Positions 1 to 8,999 of a stretch of DNA of 61,132 bases are shown here, one piece after another. The notes under the pieces were generated by a model. It was not told the origin of the DNA. It made no database searches and saw only the letters and a program-made list of their open reading frames with translations. The DNA comes from Verrucomicrobiota bacterium (GTDB taxonomy: Bacteria > Verrucomicrobiota > Verrucomicrobiia > Verrucomicrobiales > DEV007): contig JASFYY010000029.1 in NCBI GenBank assembly GCA_045046875.1, positions 1 through 61,132 of the forward strand, given 5' to 3'. A program made the translations under genes and the position numbers. Each line of letters opens with the position of its first letter. Within the stretch, counting starts at the first letter, position 1.

Positions 1-1854
1 GATCATCACGATCATCACGATCCGCCGTTTTGGCAGAAGTACATTTTTTCCACCGATCATAAAATGATCGGTATGCAGTATGGTTTTACTGCATTGATTT
101 TCCTCGCAGTGGGGTTTTTCCTGATGATGGTGATGCGTTGGAGCATTGCTTATCCGGATCGTCCGATTCCATTGTTGTCCGAGTTGCCATGGTTCCAGAT
201 GTGGTTGGATGATGAAGGCAAGGTGACGGGTGAACTTTATAATATGTTCGGTGCGATGCATGGCACGATCATGGTGTTCCTGGGCATTGTGCCGCTGGCT
301 TTTGGTGCTTTTGGTAACTACGTGACTCCGCTGCAGGTGGGAGCGCCGGATATGGCTTTCCCGCGTTTGAACATGGCTTCTTACTGGTGTTATTTTGTCG
401 GCGGAGTGATCATGTTGGTCAGCTTTTTCCTGCCGTCCGGTGCCGCTAAAGTCGGTTGGACCAACTACTCGCCACTGGCGACGATGACGGATACCAACTA
501 TTCGAACATCTGGTGGACAGGGCAGACCCAGTGGTTGTTGGGCATGGTGTTTTTGATCAGTTCGTCCCTGCTGGGAGCGGTTAATGTGTTGGTGACGATT
601 ATCAACCTGCGTGCTCCGGGACTGACTTGGATGCGCCTGCCGTTTTTTGTCTGGGCGATGTTGGTGACAGGGTTTTTGTTGTTATTGGCATTCCCTCCAC
701 TGGAGGTCGCGGCCATCATGCAGTTGATGGACCGGGTTGCTGGCACCAGTTTCTACTTGCCGACCGATGTTTTGAACAATGGGGTTCTGATGGATGCGGC
801 CGGTGGGGGTAACCCGCTGTTGTATCAACATTTGTTCTGGTTCCTGGCTCACCCGGAAGTGTATGTTTTGATTCTGCCGGCTTTTGCCATCGTTTCGGAA
901 ATTATTCCCAACAACACCCGCAAACCTCTGTTTGGTTACAAAACCATGGTTTATTCGGTGATGGTGCTCGGTTTCCTGAGTTTCATCGTGTGGGCGCATC
1001 ACATGTATATGACCGGGGTGGGGGCGAGTGTCAGTGCCTTCTTCCAGACGACGACGGTATTGATATCGATACCCTCGGTGATTCTATTGACGTCGATGTT
1101 GATATCGCTATGGGGTGGTTCGATCCGCTTCACGGTTCCGATGTTGTTCGCTACGGCATTCATTCCGATGTTTGGTATTGGTGGGCTGACGGGTTTGCCC
1201 TTGGCTTTCAACCTGATCGACTTGCATTTGCACGATACTTATTACGTGATCGGTCACTTCCACTATGTGGTGGCACCGGGCACGATTTTTGCACTGTTTG
1301 CCGGTATCTATTATTGGTATCCCAAACAAACCGGCCGCATGATGAGCACTTGGATGGGGCATCTGCACTTCTGGCCGTCTTTGATTTTCATGAATGGTAT
1401 TTTCATGCCAATGTTTTTCCAAGGAATGGCAGGATTTCACCGCCGCGCTTTTGATGGAGGTAAAGCTTATGAGCAAATCTCCAGCCAGATATTTGCAGGT
1501 AAAGATACCTTGTTGGCAAATCTTTTCCACGGAGGGGATGCGATTCTGATGATCGATCTCAACATCGTGATGTCGACTTCGGCCTGGCTGTTGGCGATTG
1601 CACAAATCCCTTTCATCATTAACTTTTTCATCAGCATTCGTTTTGGTAAAAAGGTCAATAGTGACAATCCTTGGGATGCAACCACTTTGGAATGGGCGAC
1701 ACCGACACCGCCTCCGCATGGCAACTTTGTAGTGGATCCGATCGTATATCGCGGACCTTACGAATACAGTGTGCCGGGCGCGGAGTCTGACTTCAGCCCA
1801 CAGACTGAACCTATTGCAGAAGGGGAAAAACCTGCCGAAGAGGGAACTCACTAA
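1..1854 (+). CDS. ctaD: Cytochrome c oxidase subunit I (A1-type heme-copper oxidase), 5'-truncated by the window edge
   Basis: Frame is open from base 1 (DHHDHHDPPFWQKYIFSTDHK). Motifs AMHGTIMVF, APDMAFPRLN, LFWFLAHPEVY, VWAHH, HDTYYVIGHFHYV and GFHRR. Confidence 0.97.
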   Translation, partial: DHHDHHDPPFWQKYIFSTDHKMIGMQYGFTALIFLAVGFFLMMVMRWSIAYPDRPIPLLSELPWFQMWLDDEGKVTGELYNMFGAMHGTIMVFLGIVPLAFGAFGNYVTPLQVGAPDMAFPRLNMASYWCYFVGGVIMLVSFFLPSGAAKVGWTNYSPLATMTDTNYSNIWWTGQTQWLLGMVFLISSSLLGAVNVLVTIINLRAPGLTWMRLPFFVWAMLVTGFLLLLAFPPLEVAAIMQLMDRVAGTSFYLPTDVLNNGVLMDAAGGGNPLLYQHLFWFLAHPEVYVLILPAFAIVSEIIPNNTRKPLFGYKTMVYSVMVLGFLSFIVWAHHMYMTGVGASVSAFFQTTTVLISIPSVILLTSMLISLWGGSIRFTVPMLFATAFIPMFGIGGLTGLPLAFNLIDLHLHDTYYVIGHFHYVVAPGTIFALFAGIYYWYPKQTGRMMSTWMGHLHFWPSLIFMNGIFMPMFFQGMAGFHRRAFDGGKAYEQISSQIFAGKDTLLANLFHGGDAILMIDLNIVMSTSAWLLAIAQIPFIINFFISIRFGKKVNSDNPWDATTLEWATPTPPPHGNFVVDPIVYRGPYEYSVPGAESDFSPQTEPIAEGEKPAEEGTH

Positions 1855-1878
1855 AATTTAGACGAACAGACTGGGATC

Positions 1879-3348
1879 ATGGAAATACCATATGAAGTAA
1901 AAGCGCGCCGGGACACCGGTTTGTGGAATGCCAAAATTGGCATCTGGCTGTTCTTGGCATCGGAGGTGATGTTGTTCGGCGGATTGTTTTCCTCCTACAT
2001 CTTTCTGCGACTGGGCGTAGAGCCCGGTGTGGATAGCCCGTGGCCAACAGATGTGCAATTGGTGCCTTACGGTTTCGTGAATACGCTGGTGCTGATCGCA
2101 TCTTCGGTGTTTGTGGTTTTTGCCTGGTTGGCATTAAAAGAAGGCAATTGGAAGAAATTCCAGATGTGGATGACTACAGTCATCGCCTGCGCCTTTTTGT
2201 TCTTAGTGCTCAAAGGCATTGAGTACAACTACAAGCTGACCCATCACGGCATGCGTTTGATCGACAATTCAGTGGTCGAAGGTGTTGTTTTGGATCACAC
2301 CGACAGGATTCGTTTTGAAGCGAAGACGGTGAGTTTGGATGTGACCACTGGCAGCACCGAGTTTTTAAATTGGATCAAAAAGGGAGAAGCTCCGGTTTTC
2401 AAGCTGAAAGGTGAGGACGGCCAATTGGAGGACATTGGGAACGTGAGTTCCTGGGTCAAAAAGATGCGTCGCAAAACCAATAAGCAGATCGCCGCATCGC
2501 GCAGCGAGCGCTGGAGAGCAAAACGCCAAGACCGTGAGCCTGATCCGGAAGCTCTGAAGCAGATCACACGTAACTACACTTTGGTGAGTACTGAGCCTTT
2601 TCAGATTTATGCCGATGACGCTCGTCTGTCGGGTTACGATGACAAAGGCATGAGTTTTGTGGATGGCAGCAAGGTGACTGGTAAGTTGCTCGGAGACAGC
2701 ATCAAATTTGAAGTGCACGAAGTGGACTTGCAGATGATTCCGGTCGGTCAGCAGGATCAGGCTCTGGTGTGGAAATTGATCAATGACGAAGCCGTGAAAT
2801 CCGGATGGGATCATGCACGTGATGACGAGATCAAGAAGATGGAAGAGTATTACCTAGAGGGCAAAGGCGTTCCAGTTCCTGACCGTCAGATGAGAAGTCG
2901 TCGGGTGAATGTGCATGGCTTTCACGAAAGCGGTGGTGAAGAACACGCGGCTAAAAGCGAGTCGGGCTCGGGCGGTCATGGCGAAAACAAAGCCGAACAC
3001 GGTGAACATGCGGATGCCAAAGAGAGCGGTCACGATGTGGGGGAAGAAGTCGAGTTAGGTTCCCATGGTGAAATTGTCATCGAAGTGCCACGCAGACAGA
3101 AGAAGTTTCTTTCCAATCATGGGCCGGCTTACGGAACCTATTACGCGATCTATTTCACTATGACCGGTTTGCACGGTTTGCACGTGATCGGTGGTATTGT
3201 GGTATTGGGTTATTTCTTGTTGTTTGGCAAAAAACTGTTCCTCAAGGATCCGGAGCACATGGCCAACCGGGTGGAAGTCGGCGGTTTGTTCTGGCACTTT
3301 GTGGACTTGGTATGGATCTTCCTTTTCCCAATTATGTATTTATTCTAG
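1879..3348 (+). CDS. ctaE: Cytochrome c oxidase subunit III with a large soluble insertion
   Basis: WLFLASEVMLFGGLF, NTLVLIASS, GIEY, then YFTMTGLHGLHV and GLFWHFVDLVWIFLFP. About 290 hydrophilic aa lie between GIEY and YFTMTG. Confidence 0.93.
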   Translation: MEIPYEVKARRDTGLWNAKIGIWLFLASEVMLFGGLFSSYIFLRLGVEPGVDSPWPTDVQLVPYGFVNTLVLIASSVFVVFAWLALKEGNWKKFQMWMTTVIACAFLFLVLKGIEYNYKLTHHGMRLIDNSVVEGVVLDHTDRIRFEAKTVSLDVTTGSTEFLNWIKKGEAPVFKLKGEDGQLEDIGNVSSWVKKMRRKTNKQIAASRSERWRAKRQDREPDPEALKQITRNYTLVSTEPFQIYADDARLSGYDDKGMSFVDGSKVTGKLLGDSIKFEVHEVDLQMIPVGQQDQALVWKLINDEAVKSGWDHARDDEIKKMEEYYLEGKGVPVPDRQMRSRRVNVHGFHESGGEEHAAKSESGSGGHGENKAEHGEHADAKESGHDVGEEVELGSHGEIVIEVPRRQKKFLSNHGPAYGTYYAIYFTMTGLHGLHVIGGIVVLGYFLLFGKKLFLKDPEHMANRVEVGGLFWHFVDLVWIFLFPIMYLF

Positions 3349-3398
3349 GCAATGGCTTGGAAAATCCAATATTGATATAATTTTTAGCAATTGAAATC

Positions 3399-3725
3399 AT
3401 GGCGAACTCTCCGGAAGAAATCGAAAAACACAGAAAAGCTTACTGGGCTGTGGGCATTGCCTTGTTTGTATTTACAGGGGTCACGGTGGCGGTGGCTCGG
3501 TTTGATTTTTTTGACTTTGGCGAACCGGGTGTCAGCGCCATAGATGTGGCTGTTGGTTTGGCGATTGCTATTTTCAAATCAACTCTGGTGGCTTTGATCT
3601 TCATGCATTTGAACCATGAAAAAGGTTTGATCTACAAGATCCTGCTGTTCACCTGCTATTTTGCTTTTGGCATGGTGCTATTGATGCTCTATTCTTTGTG
3701 GAATCCCATCCACGCAGCATTCTAG
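3399..3725 (+). CDS. ctaF: Cytochrome c oxidase subunit IV family protein
   Basis: Three TM helices, K...LVALIFMHL motif, follows subunit III. Confidence 0.85.
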   Translation: MANSPEEIEKHRKAYWAVGIALFVFTGVTVAVARFDFFDFGEPGVSAIDVAVGLAIAIFKSTLVALIFMHLNHEKGLIYKILLFTCYFAFGMVLLMLYSLWNPIHAAF

Positions 3726-3746
3726 ATTGATTTTGAGGTAAATCCT

Positions 3747-3944
3747 ATGTCGCTGAAACAATTCCATATCGTTTTCATCGTGCTGGCCGTGATGGTGTCA
3801 GCAGGGTTTGCTGTGTGGGCTTTCACCACTTATCAACCACAGGGCGGGGTGATGCTGATGGGGGGAATCAGTTCGGTGGTGGCCGTGGCGTTGAGTATTT
3901 ACGGAGTGTGGTTTTTAAAAAAACTGAAAGGTCAGGAGAATTGA
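3747..3944 (+). CDS. Small two-TM membrane protein in the oxidase operon
   Basis: 65 aa with two hydrophobic helices, GAGG upstream, co-oriented and tightly spaced in the operon. Confidence 0.7.
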   Translation: MSLKQFHIVFIVLAVMVSAGFAVWAFTTYQPQGGVMLMGGISSVVAVALSIYGVWFLKKLKGQEN

Positions 3945-3947
3945 TTG

Positions 3948-4172
3948 ATGAGCGCTTTGATTGCTAGTTTGATGAATCCGATTTTTGCCTGTGCGGTTTG
4001 CACCGGTTCGATTGATGATGCACAGACCAATGCGGCCAACATGGGGATATGGGTGATGCTGGTGGTATTGATGGGAGTCTTGTCCTGTATAGTAGGATTT
4101 ATAATTAATCTGGCGCGACGCAGTCGTCAGCTGGAGCTGGAAACAGTCGGAACAGATATTAAACATAGATAA
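3948..4172 (+). CDS. Small membrane protein with a CxxC motif
   Basis: FACAVC followed by one TM helix. Lies 3 nt after the previous stop and 4 nt before subunit II. Confidence 0.7.
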   Translation: MSALIASLMNPIFACAVCTGSIDDAQTNAANMGIWVMLVVLMGVLSCIVGFIINLARRSRQLELETVGTDIKHR

Positions 4173-4176
4173 AAAG

Positions 4177-4944
4177 ATGATTATTGCGGGAATTAATCAA
4201 GCCATTGGAATGGCGGAGGTTGCCAGTGAACACGGCGACATGGTCGACCATTTTCTTGAAATGGTTCACTGGGTGATGGGAATTTTGTTTATCGGCTGGT
4301 CGGCATTTTTGATTTTTGTTTTGTTTCGTTTTAACCAGAAGGCCAATCCCAAAGCTAAATACGAAGGCATGACTTCTCACTTTTCCACTCACGTGGAAGT
4401 AGGAGTGGTGATTGTCGAAGTGGTATTGTTGCTCGGTTTTGCTTTTCCGCTGTGGGCGGCTCGGACCGAGGGGATTCCTACAGGTGATGATGTGTTGAAA
4501 ATCCGTGCGGTGGGAGAGCAGTTTCGCTGGAACTTTCATTACGCAGGTGTGGATGGCAAAATCGGTCTGACGGATATCAGTGCGATGAACTCGGCCAATG
4601 GCATTGGTCTGGTGAAACAGGATCCGAATGCGCGGGATGATTTTGCTACTTTGAATGAGTTGGTATTGCCCTTGGGACAAAAAGTGATTGTTCAGGTCAC
4701 TTCCAAGGATGTGATCCACGGTTTGGCTCCGATCCCTTTGATGACCCAGCAGGACGCAATTCCCGGACGTGAGATTCCGATGTGGTTCACCGCTACCAAA
4801 ACCGGTGAGTGGGACATTGTCTGCGCTCAGTTGTGCGGAGCTGGTCATGCCAACATGGTGGCGACGGTGAGGGTGCTGCCTAAAGAGGAATTTGATGCCT
4901 GGCTGGCGGAACAGACTCCAATGTTTCCGCCGGATGCTAAATAA
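4177..4944 (+). CDS. ctaC: Cytochrome c oxidase subunit II (CuA)
   Basis: Two TM helices, QFRWNFHY, SKDVIH and CAQLCGAGHANM CuA ligands. No C-terminal CxxCH. Confidence 0.95.
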   Translation: MIIAGINQAIGMAEVASEHGDMVDHFLEMVHWVMGILFIGWSAFLIFVLFRFNQKANPKAKYEGMTSHFSTHVEVGVVIVEVVLLLGFAFPLWAARTEGIPTGDDVLKIRAVGEQFRWNFHYAGVDGKIGLTDISAMNSANGIGLVKQDPNARDDFATLNELVLPLGQKVIVQVTSKDVIHGLAPIPLMTQQDAIPGREIPMWFTATKTGEWDIVCAQLCGAGHANMVATVRVLPKEEFDAWLAEQTPMFPPDAK

Positions 4945-5062
4945 AAGCACCGTTTTGCGAGGGCTTGTGGCGACGAGGGAAGTCGGGTGAGGTAGAATGT
5001 GAAACAGCTTTGCAAGCTGTGGATCAGCTTAAAGTGCAGCCTGAAGGTTGCGCCGTATTGTG

Positions 5063-6241
5063 ATGGTTAACAGCAGCTTACAGCATCCTGGCAAGATTTG
5101 GCATCGCTACTCGATTGTGGTAGCGGCAGTGACGGTCTTGCTGATCTGGTGGGGGGCAGCGACCACCACAGAAAAGGCAGGCATGGCCTTTGCCGACTGG
5201 CCTTTGAGCCAGGGCTCGCTTAATCCCGACGGTTGGTTGAAGCGGTTGCCTTATTTTCTCGAGCACGGTCACCGTTTGCTGGCCAGCTTGGTGGGCTTTT
5301 TGACCCTGGGGCTTTTTGCGACGGCTTTTGTGCGCAGCTGGAAAAATGCTTTGGAGCTGGTGGTGGTGGTGGTGGCTTTGGCGGCGATGGTGGCATTGGT
5401 GGCGATGGCAGGTGCTGAAAAAATGGTCGCTGAACGCAAGGAGCCGTTCTGGTGGGCGGCGACGGCGGTTGCTGCGGGGGTGATGGTGTGGCTGGTTTAT
5501 AGTTGGAGGTGGCGGCAGTGGTCGTTGACTTGCAAACTGTCGGCATTGGCTTTGTTGTTGGTGACATTGCAAGCTTTGATGGGGGGCATCAGGGTGACGG
5601 AAATTTCGGATGCTTTCGCGGTGATTCACGGCTGTTTGGCGCAGGGTTTTTTCTGTTTGTTGATCATGATCATTCTGGCTTCGGCTCCGCAATGGTCTGA
5701 GTGGAAACCGGTGATGGGGGGCAGCACGAGAAGCACTCTGCGGCTGGTGACGAGCTTTCTTTGCAGTGCGGTGTTTGCACAATTGATTCTGGGGGCCTTG
5801 ATGCGTCACCATCATCGTTTTGGTCTGGCCGATACGGGGATTCTGTTGACGGGGGGTGCTTGGTTACCACCCTTTGATAAGGAAAATGAGATTTTGGTGG
5901 TGATGTTTTTTCACAAATACTGGGCTTTTCTTGTGACTGCGATTACTCTTTCGACATCGTGGTGGACCTTTCGGAATTTGAAGGCTGGCCATCTGCTGCG
6001 TCGTTTGATGGGGGGGATGTCAGCCCTGTTGGGGGTTCAGGTCACCCTGGGGATTTGCGTGATAATGATGGGTAAGTCCTTTTGGATAACTAATTTACAT
6101 GTTTTGAATGGATTGATGATTTTAGCTTTGAGTTTTGTGACGGCAATGTTTGCTTGGCGTAGTGGGGAAGCTGGGGGAGAAGCACCAAGCTCCGCCGCTG
6201 AAGCTTTGGCGGTCAAGGTAGACGCGAATAAACACGAATAA
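5063..6241 (+). CDS. ctaA: Heme A synthase (COX15/CtaA family); alternative TTG start at 5048
   Basis: GMAFADWP, EHGHR, QALMGG, AVIHG, QLILGA, NLHV; polytopic membrane protein. Confidence 0.88.
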   Translation: MVNSSLQHPGKIWHRYSIVVAAVTVLLIWWGAATTTEKAGMAFADWPLSQGSLNPDGWLKRLPYFLEHGHRLLASLVGFLTLGLFATAFVRSWKNALELVVVVVALAAMVALVAMAGAEKMVAERKEPFWWAATAVAAGVMVWLVYSWRWRQWSLTCKLSALALLLVTLQALMGGIRVTEISDAFAVIHGCLAQGFFCLLIMIILASAPQWSEWKPVMGGSTRSTLRLVTSFLCSAVFAQLILGALMRHHHRFGLADTGILLTGGAWLPPFDKENEILVVMFFHKYWAFLVTAITLSTSWWTFRNLKAGHLLRRLMGGMSALLGVQVTLGICVIMMGKSFWITNLHVLNGLMILALSFVTAMFAWRSGEAGGEAPSSAAEALAVKVDANKHE

Positions 6242-6267
6242 GGAGAAGAAGAGGGATAAGGTGATAG

Positions 6268-7185
6268 GTGATGGCTGGTCGGGAGATTACAGATGAAGTT
6301 GAGAGCGTGGAGAAATCCGCGGCGGTGGGTTGGCGTGAGGATTTGATGACGCTGACCAAGGCGCGCTTGAGCGCTTTGGTGGTGATGACTACTTTGTTTG
6401 GCTATTTACTGGCGGCGCGTTCACATGATTCTTTTTCGTGGTGGATTTTGGGGCATACGATTTTCGGGACTTTGCTCACCGCTTTTGGTGCGGCGGCTTT
6501 TAACCAGGTGATGGAGTTGGAGGCGGATGCGAAGATGGATCGGACTGCTGACCGGCCTTTGCCGACCCGCCGGGTTTCGACGGCGGCGGCTTTTGTCATG
6601 GGCTGGTTGTTTTCGGCTTTCGGGGTGGTGCACCTGGCGATGAAGGTGGATTTCCTAGCTGCGGTTTTTGCCGCGGTGACGCTGTTGACTTACTTGTTCA
6701 TTTACACTCCGATGAAGACGCGTTCGACTTGGAACACGGTGATCGGAGCGGTGGCGGGAGCTTTACCGCCTTTGATTGGTTGGACGGCTGCCGGGGGAAC
6801 TTTGACTTTGGGCGGGGCGTATTTGTTTGCCTTGTTGTTTTTTTGGCAGATGCCGCATTTTCTGGCGATCAATTGGATGTACCGGGATCAATACGTGCAG
6901 GGTGGTTTTGTGATGTGGTCGAACGATGACGATGATGGCTCGAAGACCTCACGACTGGCGATTATATTTTCGCTTTTCACGGTGGTGATACCGATCATGC
7001 CGGTGATGAGCGGGGAGGCGCATGGGTGGTTTTTGATTCCTGGAGTGTTTTTGGGGGCGGTGATGCTGAAGTATGCTTTGGTATTCCGCAAAGTCAGGAC
7101 GCGGGAAAAAGCGCGCGCCTTGTTTTTTTATACCCTGGCTTATCTGCCGCTGGTGCTGCTGTTTAGTTGGGCGGCGTGGGGATGA
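6268..7185 (+). CDS. ctaB: Protoheme IX farnesyltransferase (heme O synthase)
   Basis: LTKARL, NQVMELEADAKMDRTADRP, YTPMK, GAVAGALPPLIGW, FFWQMPHF. Confidence 0.95.
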   Translation: MMAGREITDEVESVEKSAAVGWREDLMTLTKARLSALVVMTTLFGYLLAARSHDSFSWWILGHTIFGTLLTAFGAAAFNQVMELEADAKMDRTADRPLPTRRVSTAAAFVMGWLFSAFGVVHLAMKVDFLAAVFAAVTLLTYLFIYTPMKTRSTWNTVIGAVAGALPPLIGWTAAGGTLTLGGAYLFALLFFWQMPHFLAINWMYRDQYVQGGFVMWSNDDDDGSKTSRLAIIFSLFTVVIPIMPVMSGEAHGWFLIPGVFLGAVMLKYALVFRKVRTREKARALFFYTLAYLPLVLLFSWAAWG

Positions 7186-7898
7186 AGAGAAAAAAGAAGA
7201 GATTTGAGATGATGAATAGAGATAGGGAATTTAATCCGCAATTGTTTTGGGCGTCGATCATTGGTATTTGTCTGGTGATCATTATGGGTTCGGTGTTTGT
7301 GACGCGCAGTTACATGAAGCGTATGCGTTATGAGGCGGAGCATCCACGGCTGCCGTTCATGAGCAAATTGGAGAAGGATCTGAAGGGGGTGAACCGCGAT
7401 GGTAAGGATATCCATCTGGCTCAGTTGAAGGGCAAGATCTGGGTGGCGGGGTATTTGTACACCGATTGCCCTTCGGCCTGTCTGGGATTGGCGGCTTACA
7501 TGGCGGATTTGAATAAGGTGTATGGGGAGCAGGATGACTTTCAATTGGTGTCGATCAGTCTGAACCCGAAGGGTGATACGCCGGAGAAGATGGATGCTTT
7601 TGTCAAAAAGAACGGGGTGGACGCGGATAACTGGTGGTTTTTGTCAGGGGATGAAGAGGAGATCCGTAAGTACATGCTGCGGTATTTTAAGTTGTATTCA
7701 GTGAAGGAGAATACCGATGCCGCGGACATTGCCGCTAACGGGAAATTTTCCCATGACCAGCGTTTGGTGCTGGTGGATCGGGGTGGTAATATTCGTGGTT
7801 ATTACCGGGTGATGGATCCGCAGCGTGGCATGCAGGAGCTGGCACGCTTGAAGGCGGACATCCAGCGCCTGTTTGATGGGGTGGATGAGATGAAGTGA
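7182..7898 (+). CDS. SCO1/SenC family copper chaperone
   Basis: N-terminal TM helix, YTDCPSAC (CxxxC), SISLNPKGDTP, conserved His (HDQRLVLVD). ATGA overlap with ctaB. Confidence 0.9.
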   Translation: MKRKKKRFEMMNRDREFNPQLFWASIIGICLVIIMGSVFVTRSYMKRMRYEAEHPRLPFMSKLEKDLKGVNRDGKDIHLAQLKGKIWVAGYLYTDCPSACLGLAAYMADLNKVYGEQDDFQLVSISLNPKGDTPEKMDAFVKKNGVDADNWWFLSGDEEEIRKYMLRYFKLYSVKENTDAADIAANGKFSHDQRLVLVDRGGNIRGYYRVMDPQRGMQELARLKADIQRLFDGVDEMK

Positions 7899-7909
7899 TC
7901 ACAATAGTT

Positions 7910-8971
7910 ATGACTGTTCAAGACCTGCCGGCTTTAAATGCTTCGTTGAATGCTGTTTGCACGGTGTTGCTGTTGGCGGGTTTTGTTTGTATCAAAACTG
8001 ACAGGAAAAAAGCGCATGTGATTTTTATGGTGTCGGCTTTAGTGGTGTCGGCGATTTTTCTCACCAGTTATGTGGCTTATCATTATATGAAAGCGGGGGT
8101 GGTGACAAAATTTCCCGAAGAGTATGCCGTTGCTCGTATTGTTTATCTGATCATTCTGGTGCCGCATATTATTCTGGCGGCTTTGAACGTGCCATTGGTG
8201 ATTTTAACCGTGGTGCCTGCGGTGCGGCAACGTTTTGATCGTCATCGCCGTTTGGCCAAGTGGACTTTTCCGATCTGGCTTTACGTTTCGGTGACCGGGG
8301 TCTTGGTTTATATGATGTTGTATCAGTGGTATCCTGGAGAGCCACAAGCTGAGGTGGGTGAAGTGAGTTTTAAAAACACCTTGTTTGAATACCACGCCAA
8401 ACCGGCGGATGAGGTGGTGCAGGCTTCGTTTGTATTGAAAAACAACAGTTCGGCAGATGTAGAGATCATCGGCTTGGAGACTTCGTGCTCCTGTCTGGAT
8501 GTGAGGGCGGATAAAAAGGTGGTGAAGCCAGGGCAAGAGGCTTTGATAGAAGCGGATTTTTCACTCGAGAAGCTGGCGGGCACGGCGGAGAAGTTTGTTT
8601 ATGTCAGGACCAAGTCGCCGGAATTCAACGAGCAGCGCCTGACAGTGAGAGTGACGATCGACCCGCTGTTTGAGATCGAACCGAAGATGCTCGATTGGGT
8701 GGTGGGGGAACCGGCCAAAGAGAAACGAATCAAGTTCCGGGTGCTGAGAGATCAGCCGGTGAAGATCACTTCGCTGAGCACTAAAAGTGAAAAAGCCGAA
8801 GTGCGCCTGGATGTGATCGAAGCGGGTAAAGCTTATGATTTGGTGGTGAAGCCCGTTTCGACAGAGGACATTCTTTTGGGCATGATTCGCATCGAGACCG
8901 ATTGCGAGATCAAAAAACACCGCAACCAGATGGCTTATTTTTCGGTGAAACGGGATGAGTCAAAAGAGTGA
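7910..8971 (+). CDS. DUF420 (CtaM/YozB-like) membrane protein fused to DUF1573-like Ig domains
   Basis: N-terminal LPALNASLN...H...HIILA...HRRLAKWTFPIWLYVSVTG; C-terminal F-x-LKN...TSCSC...VVKPGQE beta-sandwich. Confidence 0.8.
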   Translation: MTVQDLPALNASLNAVCTVLLLAGFVCIKTDRKKAHVIFMVSALVVSAIFLTSYVAYHYMKAGVVTKFPEEYAVARIVYLIILVPHIILAALNVPLVILTVVPAVRQRFDRHRRLAKWTFPIWLYVSVTGVLVYMMLYQWYPGEPQAEVGEVSFKNTLFEYHAKPADEVVQASFVLKNNSSADVEIIGLETSCSCLDVRADKKVVKPGQEALIEADFSLEKLAGTAEKFVYVRTKSPEFNEQRLTVRVTIDPLFEIEPKMLDWVVGEPAKEKRIKFRVLRDQPVKITSLSTKSEKAEVRLDVIEAGKAYDLVVKPVSTEDILLGMIRIETDCEIKKHRNQMAYFSVKRDESKE

Positions 8972-8999
8972 ATTGCCTGTGTTAAGGTGAATCAAGGAA

